A stretch of 64,000 nucleotides of DNA from Takakia lepidozioides (taxonomy: Eukaryota > Plantae > Bryophyta): assembly GCA_030704615.1 (NCBI GenBank), contig CM060734.1:36146001-36210000 (forward strand), in the 5' to 3' direction. Numbering within the stretch: the stretch's first letter is position 1; each line of letters begins with the position of its first letter. The position numbers and the translations under genes were made by a program. Below, piece by piece: positions 23,359 through 35,925 of the stretch. Under the pieces are notes generated by a model, which saw only the letters and a program-made list of their open reading frames with translations, did no database searches and had not been told where the DNA came from.

Positions 23359-24354
23359 TTGAAGGATTTTGGAGCACTGAAGGGTCAGGAGAATCTTATT
23401 GAGTTGGCCACGGACACGCCAATCTTTCGGAGACCCTATAGATACAGTGACATAGAGAGGTCTTTGATTCAGATGAGGACTCAAGATCTTTGGGAGGCTG
23501 GTTTGGTGGAGCATTCTGGTGGAGAGTATGCTTCAGCCACGGTGATGCCAGCCAAGAAGGATGTCTATGGCAATTGGATGGAGAGACGTATGTGCGGTGA
23601 TTACCGGCCTGTGAATCGTCAGACCAAGTCCGATAAGTATGCCATGCCCATACCGGAGGAGATCTTTGATGTCATTGGGCATGCCAAGGTTTTTAGCACT
23701 CTGGACTTGCGGTCCGGATATCACCAGTTGCCGATCAAGGAGGCAGACAAGCAGAAGACGACATTCTGGGGGATCAATGAGCACGGGAAGGATTGCCTAT
23801 ATCAGTGGCGGTTCTTACCATTCGGGCTTAAGAACGCTCCTGCAGAGTTCCAGAGAGTCATGGACAGGATTCTAGCAGGGGTGGACTTTGCTCGGTGCTA
23901 CATAGATGACATCATCATCTTTAGTGCTACGGTGTTTGAGCGCTTGAGAGCGCATGGATTGAAATTACATTTGGGGAAGTGCAAGTTCTTCCACAACCAG
24001 ATTGAGTATCTGGGCCACATGATATATCCTGGAGGATTGGGGGTGCAGCAGACTAAGGTAGAGGCCATCGCACAGATTCCATGCCCCACGGATGTGAGCC
24101 GAGTTCAAGCTTTCATGGGGTTGGCAAACTACTATAGACGGTTTGTCAAGGGATTTAGTGCTATTGCAAAGGCTCTAACCAAGCTGACTAAGGTAGACCA
24201 GGAGTGGCAGTGGGAAGATGAGCAAGAGCAAGCTTTTCAGGAGCTCAAGGTGAGGTTGACCTCGACGCCCATCTTGAGACGACCTATCAGGGGGCGTCCC
24301 TTCCAGCTACATACAAATTGGAGCATGCTGGGGTTTGGAGTGGTGCTCACATAG
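23359..24354 (+). pseudogene. Gypsy reverse transcriptase plus connection region
   Basis: 'RMCGDYRPVN', 'FSTLDLRSGYHQ', 'LPFGLKNAPAEFQRVMD', 'YIDDIIIFS', 'KCKF', 'YLGH'. Apparent short in-frame deletion after YIDD. Confidence 0.95.
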
Positions 24355-24660
24355 GTGGATGATGAGGGAAGAGAGTTCATAGTGGCTTATGCTAGCCGCT
24401 CGAACAACGCTGCAGAGTCTAAGTATAGCTCATATGAGGGGGAGTGCTTAGCTGCAGTGTGGGCCGTGGTAGACTTTAGGTGTTATCTATATGACAATCT
24501 CTTCACTCTTGTTATGGATCACCAGCCATTCAAGTGGTTGATGGAGTCAGACAAGCTTACGGGGAAGCTTGCACGGTGGGCACTTATACTCCAGGAGTAT
24601 GACTTTTAGGTTGTGCATCGACCGGGTTTGGTCAATAGGGATGCGGATGGATTGAGTCGT
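24300..24660 (+). pseudogene. RNase H
   Basis: 'FQLHTNWS..GFGVVL*..VAYASRS..AESKYSSYEGECLAAVWAV..DHQP..LARWALIL..NRDADGLSR'. Confidence 0.9.
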
Positions 24661-25001
24661 CATCCATGCACGAGCCAGCAGGATGACACTGGAGCTCGGT
24701 GGCATGGTGAGACGGACGAGGAGATGGTGCCGGGATGGCATGCATCTTGCATGCATCTGCCTTTTCGTGTATCTTGGCATCAGGAGGTCAGGTTGGACCT
24801 ACAACAGGGATGACTGTAGACGGAGTGTCTGAGGACCCTGAGGCTAGTGATGAGCCAGGTGGTGCCAGAGATATACATGAGGATTTGGTTGTGTTGGACT
24901 ACCTCCGCACTGGAGACACGGCAACTAATGTGACTGCCAAGGAGAGGGATCGGATCCCGCAACGAGCCAAGAGCAAGTGGGAGGGGATACACTTGCTTTG
25001 A

Positions 25002-25220
25002 GTGTGGGAGGATGGTCGGGTGAGGATCGTGCCTCACCCAACACAGCGTGCATGGTTAGTGCGGCATGCCCATGAAGAGTTGGGGCATTTTGGAGTGCTA
25101 GGCGCTCATAGTTTACTGCAGGGCCAGTATTAGTGGCGTGGTATGCACACAGAGGTGCAACAGTTCGTGGCTAGGTGCATGGTGTGTGACAGGGTGCATG
25201 CTTCATTCAACGCCCCTACA
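25002..25220 (+). pseudogene. Integrase N-terminal H2C2 zinc-binding domain; catalytic core missing
   Basis: 'HAHEELGHFG...Y*WRGMHTEVQQFVARCMVCDRVHASFNAPT', then an abrupt composition switch at ~25221. Confidence 0.85.
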
Positions 25221-28200
25221 GGACTTAGTCATTTTCTTGTCCCCTCTAATGTTCCCGCCAACTAGCTAGAAATAGCTGACAGCTAGCAAGAACCGATGGG
25301 TAGTGGACCTAGCTCTAGTAAAATAGCGTATCCACCGCTTTAGACATGGCCAAATATAGCAAGGATAATAGCCATAGCTGCAAGCTGCGTACAACACCAC
25401 AGCGCGAGCTCGGCGCTCGAGACGAGACCGTGATAAGAGAGTACAACGTAGTACAAGGAGAAAGGAGCAGTGCGGCCAATGAGCGCATCGGCACGAGAAA
25501 CATACAAGCACACAACAAGATCCAGGATGTGGAAAGGCTATCCACTTTACCTCGATGCGTTTCCCAGAGAAGGCTATGTATCATCACAAACAAGGCTCTA
25601 CAGGGGCAGCTCTACAAGCTCCTCCACCCCCTCTACTGCCTCTCTCTAACCCTTCTTCTTAGCTTTACTTTGATGGAGTCCATGAAGTTTTGCAGTTTTC
25701 AGACCGAATGTAGCGCTCCCATCTTACACAAGACCTACTGCTACGAGGAACTACACACGCCCACATGGTCGAGCCAACGACCTGGTATTCTGGCTGCCCA
25801 TCAAAACGCGCCCCAAGCACTTGTGCGCCTCACAGAGGGTCAAACCAACAGCTTGCTACTCCGGCTACCCAACACTGCACTTCCCCAGCACCCGTATGCT
25901 TGTCCTTATCACGACATCAACTCCTCCATCACCTTGTTTCTCAATGCGGAGTTGCCAAAGTCTACATTGTTGATGCCAAGAACAAGAAGCTGTCGCTGCA
26001 ATACTGCTCCAAACAGATACTGGCTTTGTAATAATAGACTTTATGTGAGACGGCGTGCTGATGTGAATGATAGCAACATGGCTACCATTGTTTCCCCATC
26101 GAAGTCCCCCAAAACAAGCATCACGAAGCGGGAGCTCCCAAATATGTCTTCTACATCTCCTCAGAGTGGCAACATGCAGTGAGCTGGTGCTCGTGGCCTC
26201 GATGTACAAGGGCCCCCGGCCGACGATTTTGGCATTTTCTTCACCCTACTTGGTTTACAAATCCAGCATTTTTCTCCAATCGGGTTGTACAGAAAGCTCC
26301 TCTGGCATTTCTTTTGAGCTCCCTCCTACAGGGTTTCGGTAGCTTACAACGTCTTGGCCCCACGTTCCTACTATGTCGTATGAACTCCCTCTCTAAGCAC
26401 CACAAATCTGCCTACTGGTGTAGAAATGCAACGGATTCTTTTGTGATTCATAACAGCTTGGGCCTTCTAGCGCTCAAAAACTGCATACGAACTGCCGCCG
26501 CACCCCGTTGCAGACATACAGGAGCTCGGATTATTTGACCATTCAGCTGCACCCACTTCTACCCCCGAGTTCCCCCCAGCAAGATGTGCGATCCCACATC
26601 AAGGCTGCTACCCGCCCACAGGCTCACCCCGAGCATCATGTGGCTTCTCTTACTGTTGATGGGACTCATTATGTGGACAGTCCAGGGTTTGCAAAGCATA
26701 AAACGTATAACCCAGAGCTGGGCCTGGTCTCCATGATCATCACTCCAATCTCCCAAGCTACAGCACAACAGAGGACAGGTTGTGCAGGTCGAATTGGGCC
26801 TGGCAAATGCTCCAGTCTTTACACAGAAAGTGCATACGAAGATGAGATGCTACCGACAATGGTGTCAGGAATTCAAAGAACTAAGTTGGGTTTCACCACA
26901 TTGTCAATGAAAGGTTACATTCCAATCTATTCTCCCCCATCGCTGCTGGAGCAACACCAAGGGACCGCAGATGTAAGGGCATGAGCTTGCCAGTGGTTCA
27001 ATCTCCTCTCGACCCGCAAAGGCACGCACCAACACCAGCCCTCTAGCATCTCTCTCACCAATGCGCTAAGTGGTGTCTTCGCACCCCAGTTGGTTCGCCT
27101 CTCTGCTCTCTACACAAGGACCTTGGTCCAAGCCAATGTACAAGATAAGTACCTAAATCTTCACTCCCCCACATCTATGCTCTTCAAATCATATTACCTT
27201 CAAATCACTAGCCGACATACCAAGCCTCCACCTCAAGCTGAATTCTCTGATAAAATTGTTGGACTTGCTACCTCCCTGCCCAACCATATGTCATTCTCTC
27301 TTGTCTCACCAGATTATCTCCTGGGAACTACTCCGATGAAATCCATACTATGCAATATGCCCATTACAATCACTGTATTGAAAACCTTTGTTAATGTGAA
27401 ACTTCCATCATGGATGTTGTCTTTTGAAGTTACTGTCATGACTGCTACTTACATGAATTCTCCACCACATGCTACGCAAACTACAGACAAAACTTTGTCA
27501 AACACCGTGCTCTTTGCAATGAAGTTCTTAAAAACTAGTTCCGTGATGCTCCCGTCATATATTATGCTCCTTGCAGATAAAGTCTTGCATGCAGCTACTT
27601 TTGTGGAAACCCTACCACGCATTGTGCTCTTTGTCAATAAACTCCTGAAAACTATCTTTATGACACCCTTGTCAAACACGATGCTCCGGACCATCCCATA
27701 CAGCCAGCCTTCTTTTCGCCACTGTGACTGTTGTGCTTCAAGTCATATATCTATTGCAACTACTCCAGATCCTCTCTCTTATTACATGCTCTCTGCAGAT
27801 AGGCCTGCCCGCACGAATAATACTGATAATCCTGATTGGATGGAAGCATATAGCAGAAGTGCTAAGTTGGATTTCAGACCCGCTGTCTCTGAGTCTGTGC
27901 GGAGGGCATTTTGGCCAACAAACACTAGCAATCAACCCAGCAAGACAAGCCACAAAGGGAAGTCATTTTCCATGAGAATTGTGCTGCCTACTTTGCTTTT
28001 CACTTCAGATATCAGTTTTGGATATTGTATCATGGGTATGCTCCTAATAGTGTGATCTCCTACATCTCTCCACATCTATATAATTCAAGGGCTTTTGCCA
28101 CAGGTACGGAAACATGTGAAGGATAGGTACGGAAGCCACTAGCTCCGTGGGATCCTCAAGGCTACAACTTCACTGCAAGAATGCATGCCCACGTCACCAA

Positions 28201-28769
28201 TACAACCCAGTGCTATAAATCAAGATCAAAATCACTGGCTCACAACCGGTTGACACAGTTGCCCGATTTTAAAGTCAGGTGCGTAATTAATTTGGGTACT
28301 CTTAATGCCAAGCCCGCAAACACCTCTTGCCAAAGCATGTTGCCAACCTACGTGCCAGCCCTTATGTTCAAAAAGTACAGGGCTGCTGTTTTGCAACAGG
28401 GATGAGATGTACATACAGTACGGTCTCAACATCATGGGTTCAGTGCTACATTGCTTGGGCACTCTTGGATACAGAACATGTCAGAGCACCCCCTGGTCCA
28501 TTGCTGGGTTATGCTTCAAGATCATGTGTTACTAAGCTGAGTGCTAAATCTATGGCCTTACCATTCCATGCCTCAAAATTGTTTGATACTGGTGCTACCC
28601 CATTACTTCCTGATCTGGTGTTTAGTGATGAATGGGATGCTCTAACAATCTCAGATGCAAAGATATGGGATAATCATTGTGCTCAAAAATTCTCTGCCTC
28701 AAAGCTATGTGTCAATTGGTATGTTGATAACCGTCAACGTGCTCCTGAAATATACTATAACCACAATAA

Positions 28770-29150
28770 GCAGGCAATGTGGTTTGGGGATATGAACATA
28801 CTGCAAGCTAAGAGACATGGATCTCAGATTAGGAGAGGCTGGTTGCCCCCCTACTGGTATGCCAAGTCTCATATTAACTCATGGGTGCGGGCAATGTGGG
28901 CAATGTGGTCTGGAGATGTGAACATACTGCAAGCTAAGAGACATGGATTTCAGATTAGGAGAGGCTGGCTGCTCACCAACTGGTATGCCGAGTCTTATGC
29001 TAACCCTTGTGTGCGGGCAATGTGGGCAATGTGGGCAATGTGGCCTAGAAATATGAACATACTGCGAGATAAGAGACATGGATCTCAGATTAGGAGAGGT
29101 TGGCTGCTCACCAACTGGTATGCAAAGTCTCATGCTAACTCTTATATGCA
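28770..29150 (+). repeat. Three tandem ~123-132 bp in-frame repeats, plus a degenerate copy near 29610-29740
   Basis: Repeated 'MNILQAKRHGSQIRRGWL..WYAKSH' in ORF 28327..29460. Confidence 0.85.
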
Positions 29151-31810
29151 AAAGATACGCCTGGGCTGCTGTCCTGTTCCAGGGCTGGGTGTCCATAGCT
29201 ATGTCCTAACAACTCGGATACCAAAAAACAGTGCCCAGTACTATGCCCTAACACTCTCCAACAACTTCCATCTTGATATGACACTCTCTAACAGGTGTTA
29301 TGTCTTGGCATCTGCTAAACCGCTGCCATGCTATGCTAAAATACTCTGCATTGCCAAATGGTACGCAAAAAATGATGCCCTAACATTATGTGCCGATCCA
29401 AAGCTGCCTGATGAGGTTCATATCCCATCTCTCTCTGATAATAAGTTAAAAGAGATGTGAGCTCATTTAACGGCTCATTTAACACCCTCTGTTGAACGGT
29501 TATGGGCTTATCATTATGTCATAAACATCTTTGTCCCAAAGATATGCACTAAGTGAAACGAGCATCAACATGCCCTTAAAACACGTAGTCATAAGTGGTT
29601 AAAGGGATCCAAGCATATGTACATGCAGATAGCTAAAAGACATTGACCTTTGAGCAATAGAAGCTGGATGGCCATGCCCCCCCGCTATGGCATGCCCCAT
29701 GCTACCCTCTATATGCAAAACATACATGGCTGCTGTTCTGCTCCAATGATGCGCAACTATGACAATTCCCCAACAACCATGGTATCAAAACTGCGCGATA
29801 AACGCGCTGACCACTGTTGCAATACTCGGACACTCCCTGACACAAAACCTGACCCACCCAGGCACTCCATGACCCAAAGCTATGTGATGCACTAACACTG
29901 AGCGCCACTAAGTGGCACACCAAATACAGTACCCAAACATCCCCTACTCCAAAACTAGCTGACTATGTTCATACCCCATCACCCTCAATGGCTGAGCTGA
30001 GAGAGAAGCGAGACATTCCAAAACTTCATGCTGCAAGCTTATGGGATACCCAAAAACTTTTAGCCTCAATGTTGTGTGCCAACTTCTCTGTCCCAACACC
30101 AAATGCAAAAGCATGCCCATAAGAAATATGCTCACCGTAATAAGCAGAACACATGGTCCAGTCTGAGGAATGTGCTGGAAACTAATGGACTTGGAACTCC
30201 AAATAAGAGGGACGGGCTGCCAAGCCCCAAAAGTGTCAACATCTATATGCCCCCAAAGTCACCAAACAGCCCTGACACCAACCACAACACAACAACACCA
30301 AGTGGACCGCCCATCTCCCCAGCTAGCAGTAATGATAACCTCCACATCTATTACATGCCACCACGTAGACACATACTATCGCCTCACCCCACTGGCCCAA
30401 CAACTAGTAAAGATATCCAGACAACCCCGCACACACCCCAAATATAGTTCGCTAGACCAAGTGAAATAACTAGGCAGAAGCACACACGCAACGCTACAAC
30501 TCCAACAACATGTCGTATCTAGCTGATCTGAACACACTCAAAGCAACTGAACAACATAGTAACCCCACAATACCCCCATCAAAACAAGGCAGCTCCACCC
30601 CACACTCAACCCACCTGTTGACAGGCCAAAGATTGACCCATCGATCCCTGCTACTGCACAAAACCACGCCACACACAGCACGACAGGCGAAACAACGTAC
30701 CTACTCGCCCATCTCATCACTAGACATACTGATTACCCAAATTTGCCCATGCAAAATAGCACAACACCTCCAGAGGTCACCGGTATGCTCAAACTGTACA
30801 AATCAATGCAGAATACTAGGCTATCAAAAGATCAATTGTTCAATGCACCCAAGTAAGCTCGCAAAGCCATACACTGATTATCTTACCGAAACCACACAAC
30901 GATTAACATTATCTTACCTTCATACAATACGCCATATGTACACTATACCCCATATGAACACTCCCTCTATACAATATTATGCTCTACCCGGCCAGACCGC
31001 TACTCCAATTTTATTTTACCTCCCATACCCAGCCTATGCTGACTCATGCTATCCACACCTTTATAATGTGCCACTACCCATGTCAATCCCTAGCCCAGTA
31101 AGATGGCCGTTAAGGTACTCCAAAAAGATTTCCCAACCAACCCATTTCCGGTATTTTCTCCATGCCATGTATTCAACTGCTACAAGCTCCACTACTCCCT
31201 ATCCTACCCGACAACCCTCTCCACCATTCCCTAGCCCTCAGCACATCAAGACACTCCATCATATAGGCCGCCAATCTAATCCCCTCATTCATGGCCCATA
31301 TGGTCGATATCACCTACACCCAGCAAAATCTAAACATTACTACCACCACCCCCCTGCTCTTAATAATGCATATATAAATACGTGCCTCGACCTAATCCTA
31401 TTACGGTGTGGTGATATTCACCCGAACCCAGGATCGATCACTATTAATGAAATTATCAGCAACCTATCCACGGATGCACAAGACAGATACGCCCTATACT
31501 TTCAGCCGAACACCATCTCACTCATACGTAGCTACCGTCACATTCTAGACCACTTCACACCTTTCTTCCCAAACTGTCAACACTCCAAATATACACCCAC
31601 ACACCACATTGTAACTTTTGGGCTACCCTCCAACTGCTACCCAGCACTTACTAAAGCCCTCTGCAAACTCAAAACTTTTACCGCATCACAACTCCTTTTC
31701 TCCCTTGTTGTCATCATCTCCCCTCTCCCAGAGACATGTAATGGATATCTTTACTCACACTCAATCTCCCAAATCCGATCCCTCCTACGTCAATTAAAAG
31801 AGCTACCTCC

Positions 31811-32900
31811 GTGTCCCCACCAATATTTGCCCCCCCCCCCCCCCCCCACTGCTTATCCGAGATCCAGAACTCCCTCAAACTTTTAGACTCTCAAACCGGG
31901 GTTGTACATAATATCCTAGGGGACCACCTAGCAACGGTCACCACACCCGACCAAGACCACCAGCTCATTAACAAATTCCCCTTCCTCTCCACGGATATCC
32001 TGGCCGCCACACTTAACGCAGTTACCCCGATACCCGGCTATGATCCCCCAACTGTTAGATCCCATACCGAGGAACCCTCACCTGCCCCCCCGCCCAGCCA
32101 CACTCCCACCACCCCCGAGGCTTGCTCCAAGGCACTGACTATCACTTCATGGAACGTGGGCTCCCTGACTACCAGCATACAAAGTTTGCTCCACCTTTTC
32201 TCCAACACATCACAACCACATATTTTCATCTTGCAAGAAACCAAGCTGCACACCAACAATACCAGCAGCTCTTATATAAATAAACTACTACCCGACTACC
32301 ACCTCATATATGGTAACCCCTTAACTGCCCAACAATGTCTCTTGCGTCGCTCCGCACCATACAAACCCACTAGGGGCGGCGTGGCACTTGGTATCCTTCA
32401 TACACACCACTCTCCCAGCACTACTACCAAGATAACCGTCCCTATCCCCATTCGATCCCACCTTCAAATAATCCAGCTACACCCACCGGCACTGTGCCCC
32501 ATCACTCTCATACACTTATATATGTCTTCTCATATAGACGACCTCCCCCTCATACCTGACATACTATACACTATCTCCCACAGAGTTAATCATCCAGATT
32601 ACCAACACCACCACGTCATCCTAGCTAGCGACTTTAACAGAGATATCGCATTGTTGGGTCACTCATATAACAGAACCCACAAACCCCCCTCCTCTGTGGA
32701 TCACGAATGGGCTACATTCACCCAACTCCTAAAACTTAAATATATCCCTGCCGACTATCACTATTCCAAATAGGGGGGTCTTCACTACTCCTCTTTAAGC
32801 CTACTTGATGGCTTCTACCTCAGAACAGGTAATGTAATCCCAACATACCTTCAAAGCCACGATCATATCAATAGTCTATGCAACTCGGACCATTACCCGG
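31811..32900 (+). pseudogene. LINE apurinic-like endonuclease (APE/EEP)
   Basis: 'ITSWNVGSL', 'IFILQETKL', 'GGVALGI', 'VILASDFNRD', then after a TAG 'SLLDGFYL' and 'NSDHYPV'. Confidence 0.9.
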
Positions 32901-33464
32901 TGTCTATTTCCCTCCCCCCATCCCTTATACCATGTCGTCCCATTCCCGATGTACATACCCCGCCCCCTCAACCCAGAATTCTCTCACCCATTCCCCAATG
33001 CAACATCAAGGCGTTTGAGAGCCATTTTCACTCAGCCTCCTCTACCTTCATACACAAAATCTCCCATACACTCTCCGACACTAATATACTTTTATCCCCT
33101 GAGGCCGCCTGGGCCGAAGCCGAAATCACACTTACCTCTACGGCACTAGAAATGACTAAAAGTGTCCTAGCCACATGCTCAGCCCCCCCAGATCTTCCCC
33201 AAACCACTCGCTCAAAGCAAAACGGGGGCTACCTCACCAGGACGCAGAAACGGGAATGGACCTCCCACCTTAACATCTACCATACCATACGACGAGCTCT
33301 CGCCGTTATACCCCCCTCTTCGTCCCCGTCATATAACAACTAGAGCACTGACCGCCGCATAACCTGTTTAAACACCTTAACTGTATGCCAATCACTTATG
33401 CCCCCACCTGAGGACTCAACGTCTCTTCCCCAATGGACCGCATCCGTCTCCAAGATCGGTCGGG

Positions 33465-34715
33465 ATGAAAAAAAAAGCTGCCTATATTATCACAAAACAA
33501 AAAGCCACTGCCAATCACAAAAAATTCATTGCTTCCTTTGGCAAACTATTACATGAACACCCTAAAAGAGCCCACAAAGCCATCTTCAATCCTATGATTA
33601 ACCCCCCCATTGATTGTCTTAAAGATAGACAAGGCCACATGTTAACCAAACCCGATGACATTAAGAAAAAAATCTGGTTACAAGCATCGTCCTCCTACAC
33701 ACCAACTGTCACCAACTGTCTACACCCAAGCCAACACGCGCCCACTTGCCTATGCAAAGTCAAACATTATCCTTGGCATGATCTAGACGGCTTCTCCCTG
33801 GAGAAGCGAGGCCCTCCAACTGACCGTATCCTGTACCTCTTCACAAAAGACTTATATGACTCATGCCTTAAAACCCTATCCAAAGCTAAGGCCCCTGGCC
33901 CGGACCTCATCCCTAACGGCATACTCCAAGCACTTGACCCTCAATTCCATGACCTTCTCTTTAAATTTTTCCGACTTAGCTACCAATTACATCGTATTCC
34001 ACACTCCTGGAAGCACGGCCGGACCATTCTGTTATTCAAAAAAGGTGACCCCATGGACCTTAGTAACTACAGGCCCATCGCCCTCGCAAACACTATATAC
34101 AAATTATTCACCAGCACTTTAACTACAATGTTATCCGCCTATGGTGAACAACACCATATTCTAAGTGACCCACAAGAAGGTTTCCGTGCAACGCGAAGCA
34201 CCACCAGGCAAATACAATATGTCACATCTGCCCTGGAAGACGCCAAACTTACTAAACAAGATATATATCTCCTCTATATTGACTTCAAAAATGCCTTTGG
34301 TTCTCTCGACCATCCTCACTTGCTAGCCATTATGAGAGATCTAGGATACCCTACAGACGCTATTCAAATCATTGGTAATATCTATACCAATAGCACCACA
34401 GAATACTCCGGTTCCTACTACGGTTCTACCCCTCCTATTCCCATACTACGTGGCACCATCCAAGGTGACACACTGAGCCCCTACCTATTCATCATTTTTC
34501 TTGAACCCCTACTAAGATGGTTGGCTCGCGGTAACCTACGATACCAATACAAAACCTCTTCTAATGAAATATCCGCGGCTGCGTATGCCGATGCCATTCT
34601 TGCACACAAGCCCCAACATCTCAATCGTCAAGTTGACAAATTATCTTGCTTCAACCAGTGGTCTGCTATGGAGCTAAGCCTTCACAAATGTGCGGTCACC
34701 GCAGCCACACTTAGT
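33465..34715 (+). pseudogene. LINE reverse transcriptase (YADD disrupted)
   Basis: 'KAPGPDLIP', 'NYRPIALANTIYKLF', 'QEGFR', 'IDFKNAFGS', 'GTIQGDTLSPYLF', 'AYADAIL', 'LSLHKC'. Confidence 0.92.
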
Positions 34716-35337
34716 TGTAGTGGCCAAATTAATTTTTTTCATTGCATTAAGGCTCATTAAATATATATTTCTAAGGTTTTACTACGAAGGTTTGTAGTCT
34801 TCTAGATGAAATATTTATATCCCAAGAGATAAACATGATGTTTGCAAATTCCATGCTAGAGTGTTGTTTTCTTCGACTATTTAACTTATCTCATCCCAAC
34901 TTAGTAGGAGTGTTAATAGATAAGTTAATATTAGTTAACTTAACTCATCCCAACTTAGTGGGAGTGTTAACAGATAAGCTTAACTAGTCTAAGTTAAGTT
35001 AACCTAATATGAAACTTAAGCGGTGGGTGAAGCACAATGCAGTTGTTGTATGTGTCTTCTAGGTTGGGAGGATCTGCTCAATAAAACAGATGACTATTCT
35101 ATGTTTTAGATGTCTATTCCATGTGTTGACATGTTGAATGTAGAATTGACTTCCAAACCCTCCTTCAATGAAAACATTCAAGAGTCTAAATTATGAAGAT
35201 CCTATTTTTGTCCAATAATGTTATGAATGCACCATATAAAATTTTCATCTTTGATTAAATGAGATGTATAGAGTTGTTGGCGTTGGCCAACGTCCTCTAG
35301 CTGCATGTGCTCCTTGGTCGAACTGAGACTTCATTCA

Positions 35338-35925
35338 TGTCAAAGTGGAAGTCGTTGTTGTGACCACCTTGCTGTCAAATAAGAGATAGTCTGATTTCGA
35401 ATGGAAGTTATCGTTGGAGAAAATGTCAAAGTGGAAGTCGATGTTGTTGTGACCACCTTGCTGTCGAAGAGATAGTTTGATTTCGAATGGAAGTTCTCGT
35501 TGGAGATTCAAGAAATTGCTCATTTGAAATTCAAATGCAACAGAGGGGATGGTGGAGGTGGACGGGGAAGGCAAGGTGGGAAGAGGGGCCAGTGGAGGGG
35601 ACGAACGTCTCCTTGTCCTACGCCTAGGAATATAGATAGTGCATCTACATAAACAGAGCATGGTTGGTCTTCTACGCACCCTATCATTCGCGCTACAACT
35701 CCTAAGCCACCTAAGTGCTTCATAATGTTCACAATCGCAGACGGGGGACTGAGGGTACAAAGGGGAGGGTGGAGGTGGGAGGGGAGGCAAGGTGGGGAGA
35801 GGGGCCGAATGTCTCCGTATCCTACGTCGCCTACATAAACAGAGCATGGTTGGTCTTCTATACACCCTATCATTCGCGGTACAACTCCTAAGCCACCTAA
35901 GTGCTTCACAATATTCACAAATCAC
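35338..35925. repeat. Two local tandem duplications (~86 bp x2 at 35338-35505; ~180-200 bp x2 at 35560-35925)
   Basis: 'tgtcaaagtggaagtcg..tgaccaccttgctgtc' occurs twice; 'ctacataaacagagcatggttggtcttcta..ctcctaagccacctaagtgcttca' occurs twice. Confidence 0.8.

Larger units (their letters stand above)
18218..25220 (+). mobile_element. Ty3/Gypsy LTR retrotransposon carrying a C5 cytosine methyltransferase (gag-PR-DNMT-RT-RH-INT); 3' part lost at the LINE junction
   Basis: Ordered domains listed below. The gag, knuckle, PR and DNMT ORFs (19311, 20070, 20442, 21270, 21903, 22314) all share one frame. Putative 5' LTR ~18218-18928 (TGTTGGGG...CCGCATCA) has low certainty. Confidence 0.9.
25221..34715 (+). 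mobile_element. Long APE-type LINE (long 5' region, 2A-like motif, endonuclease, RT); 3'-truncated and degenerate
   Basis: C/A-rich + strand throughout, with EN and RT motifs. Assigning 25221-30500 to the LINE rests on composition and position only. Confidence 0.75.

Noticed and set aside
5850-34722. Giant CACTA element from CACTACAAGAG (5850) to GTTGTAGTG (34722)
   Set aside because: Similarity is limited to ~8 bp, flanking triplets differ (TTA vs GCC), and there are no shared subterminal repeats.
35335-35925. 196-aa Cys/Pro-rich protein or Helitron zinc finger (CEYCEALRW)
   Set aside because: The ORF is built from local tandem duplications, and no open frame continues across the reconstructed pre-CACTA site.
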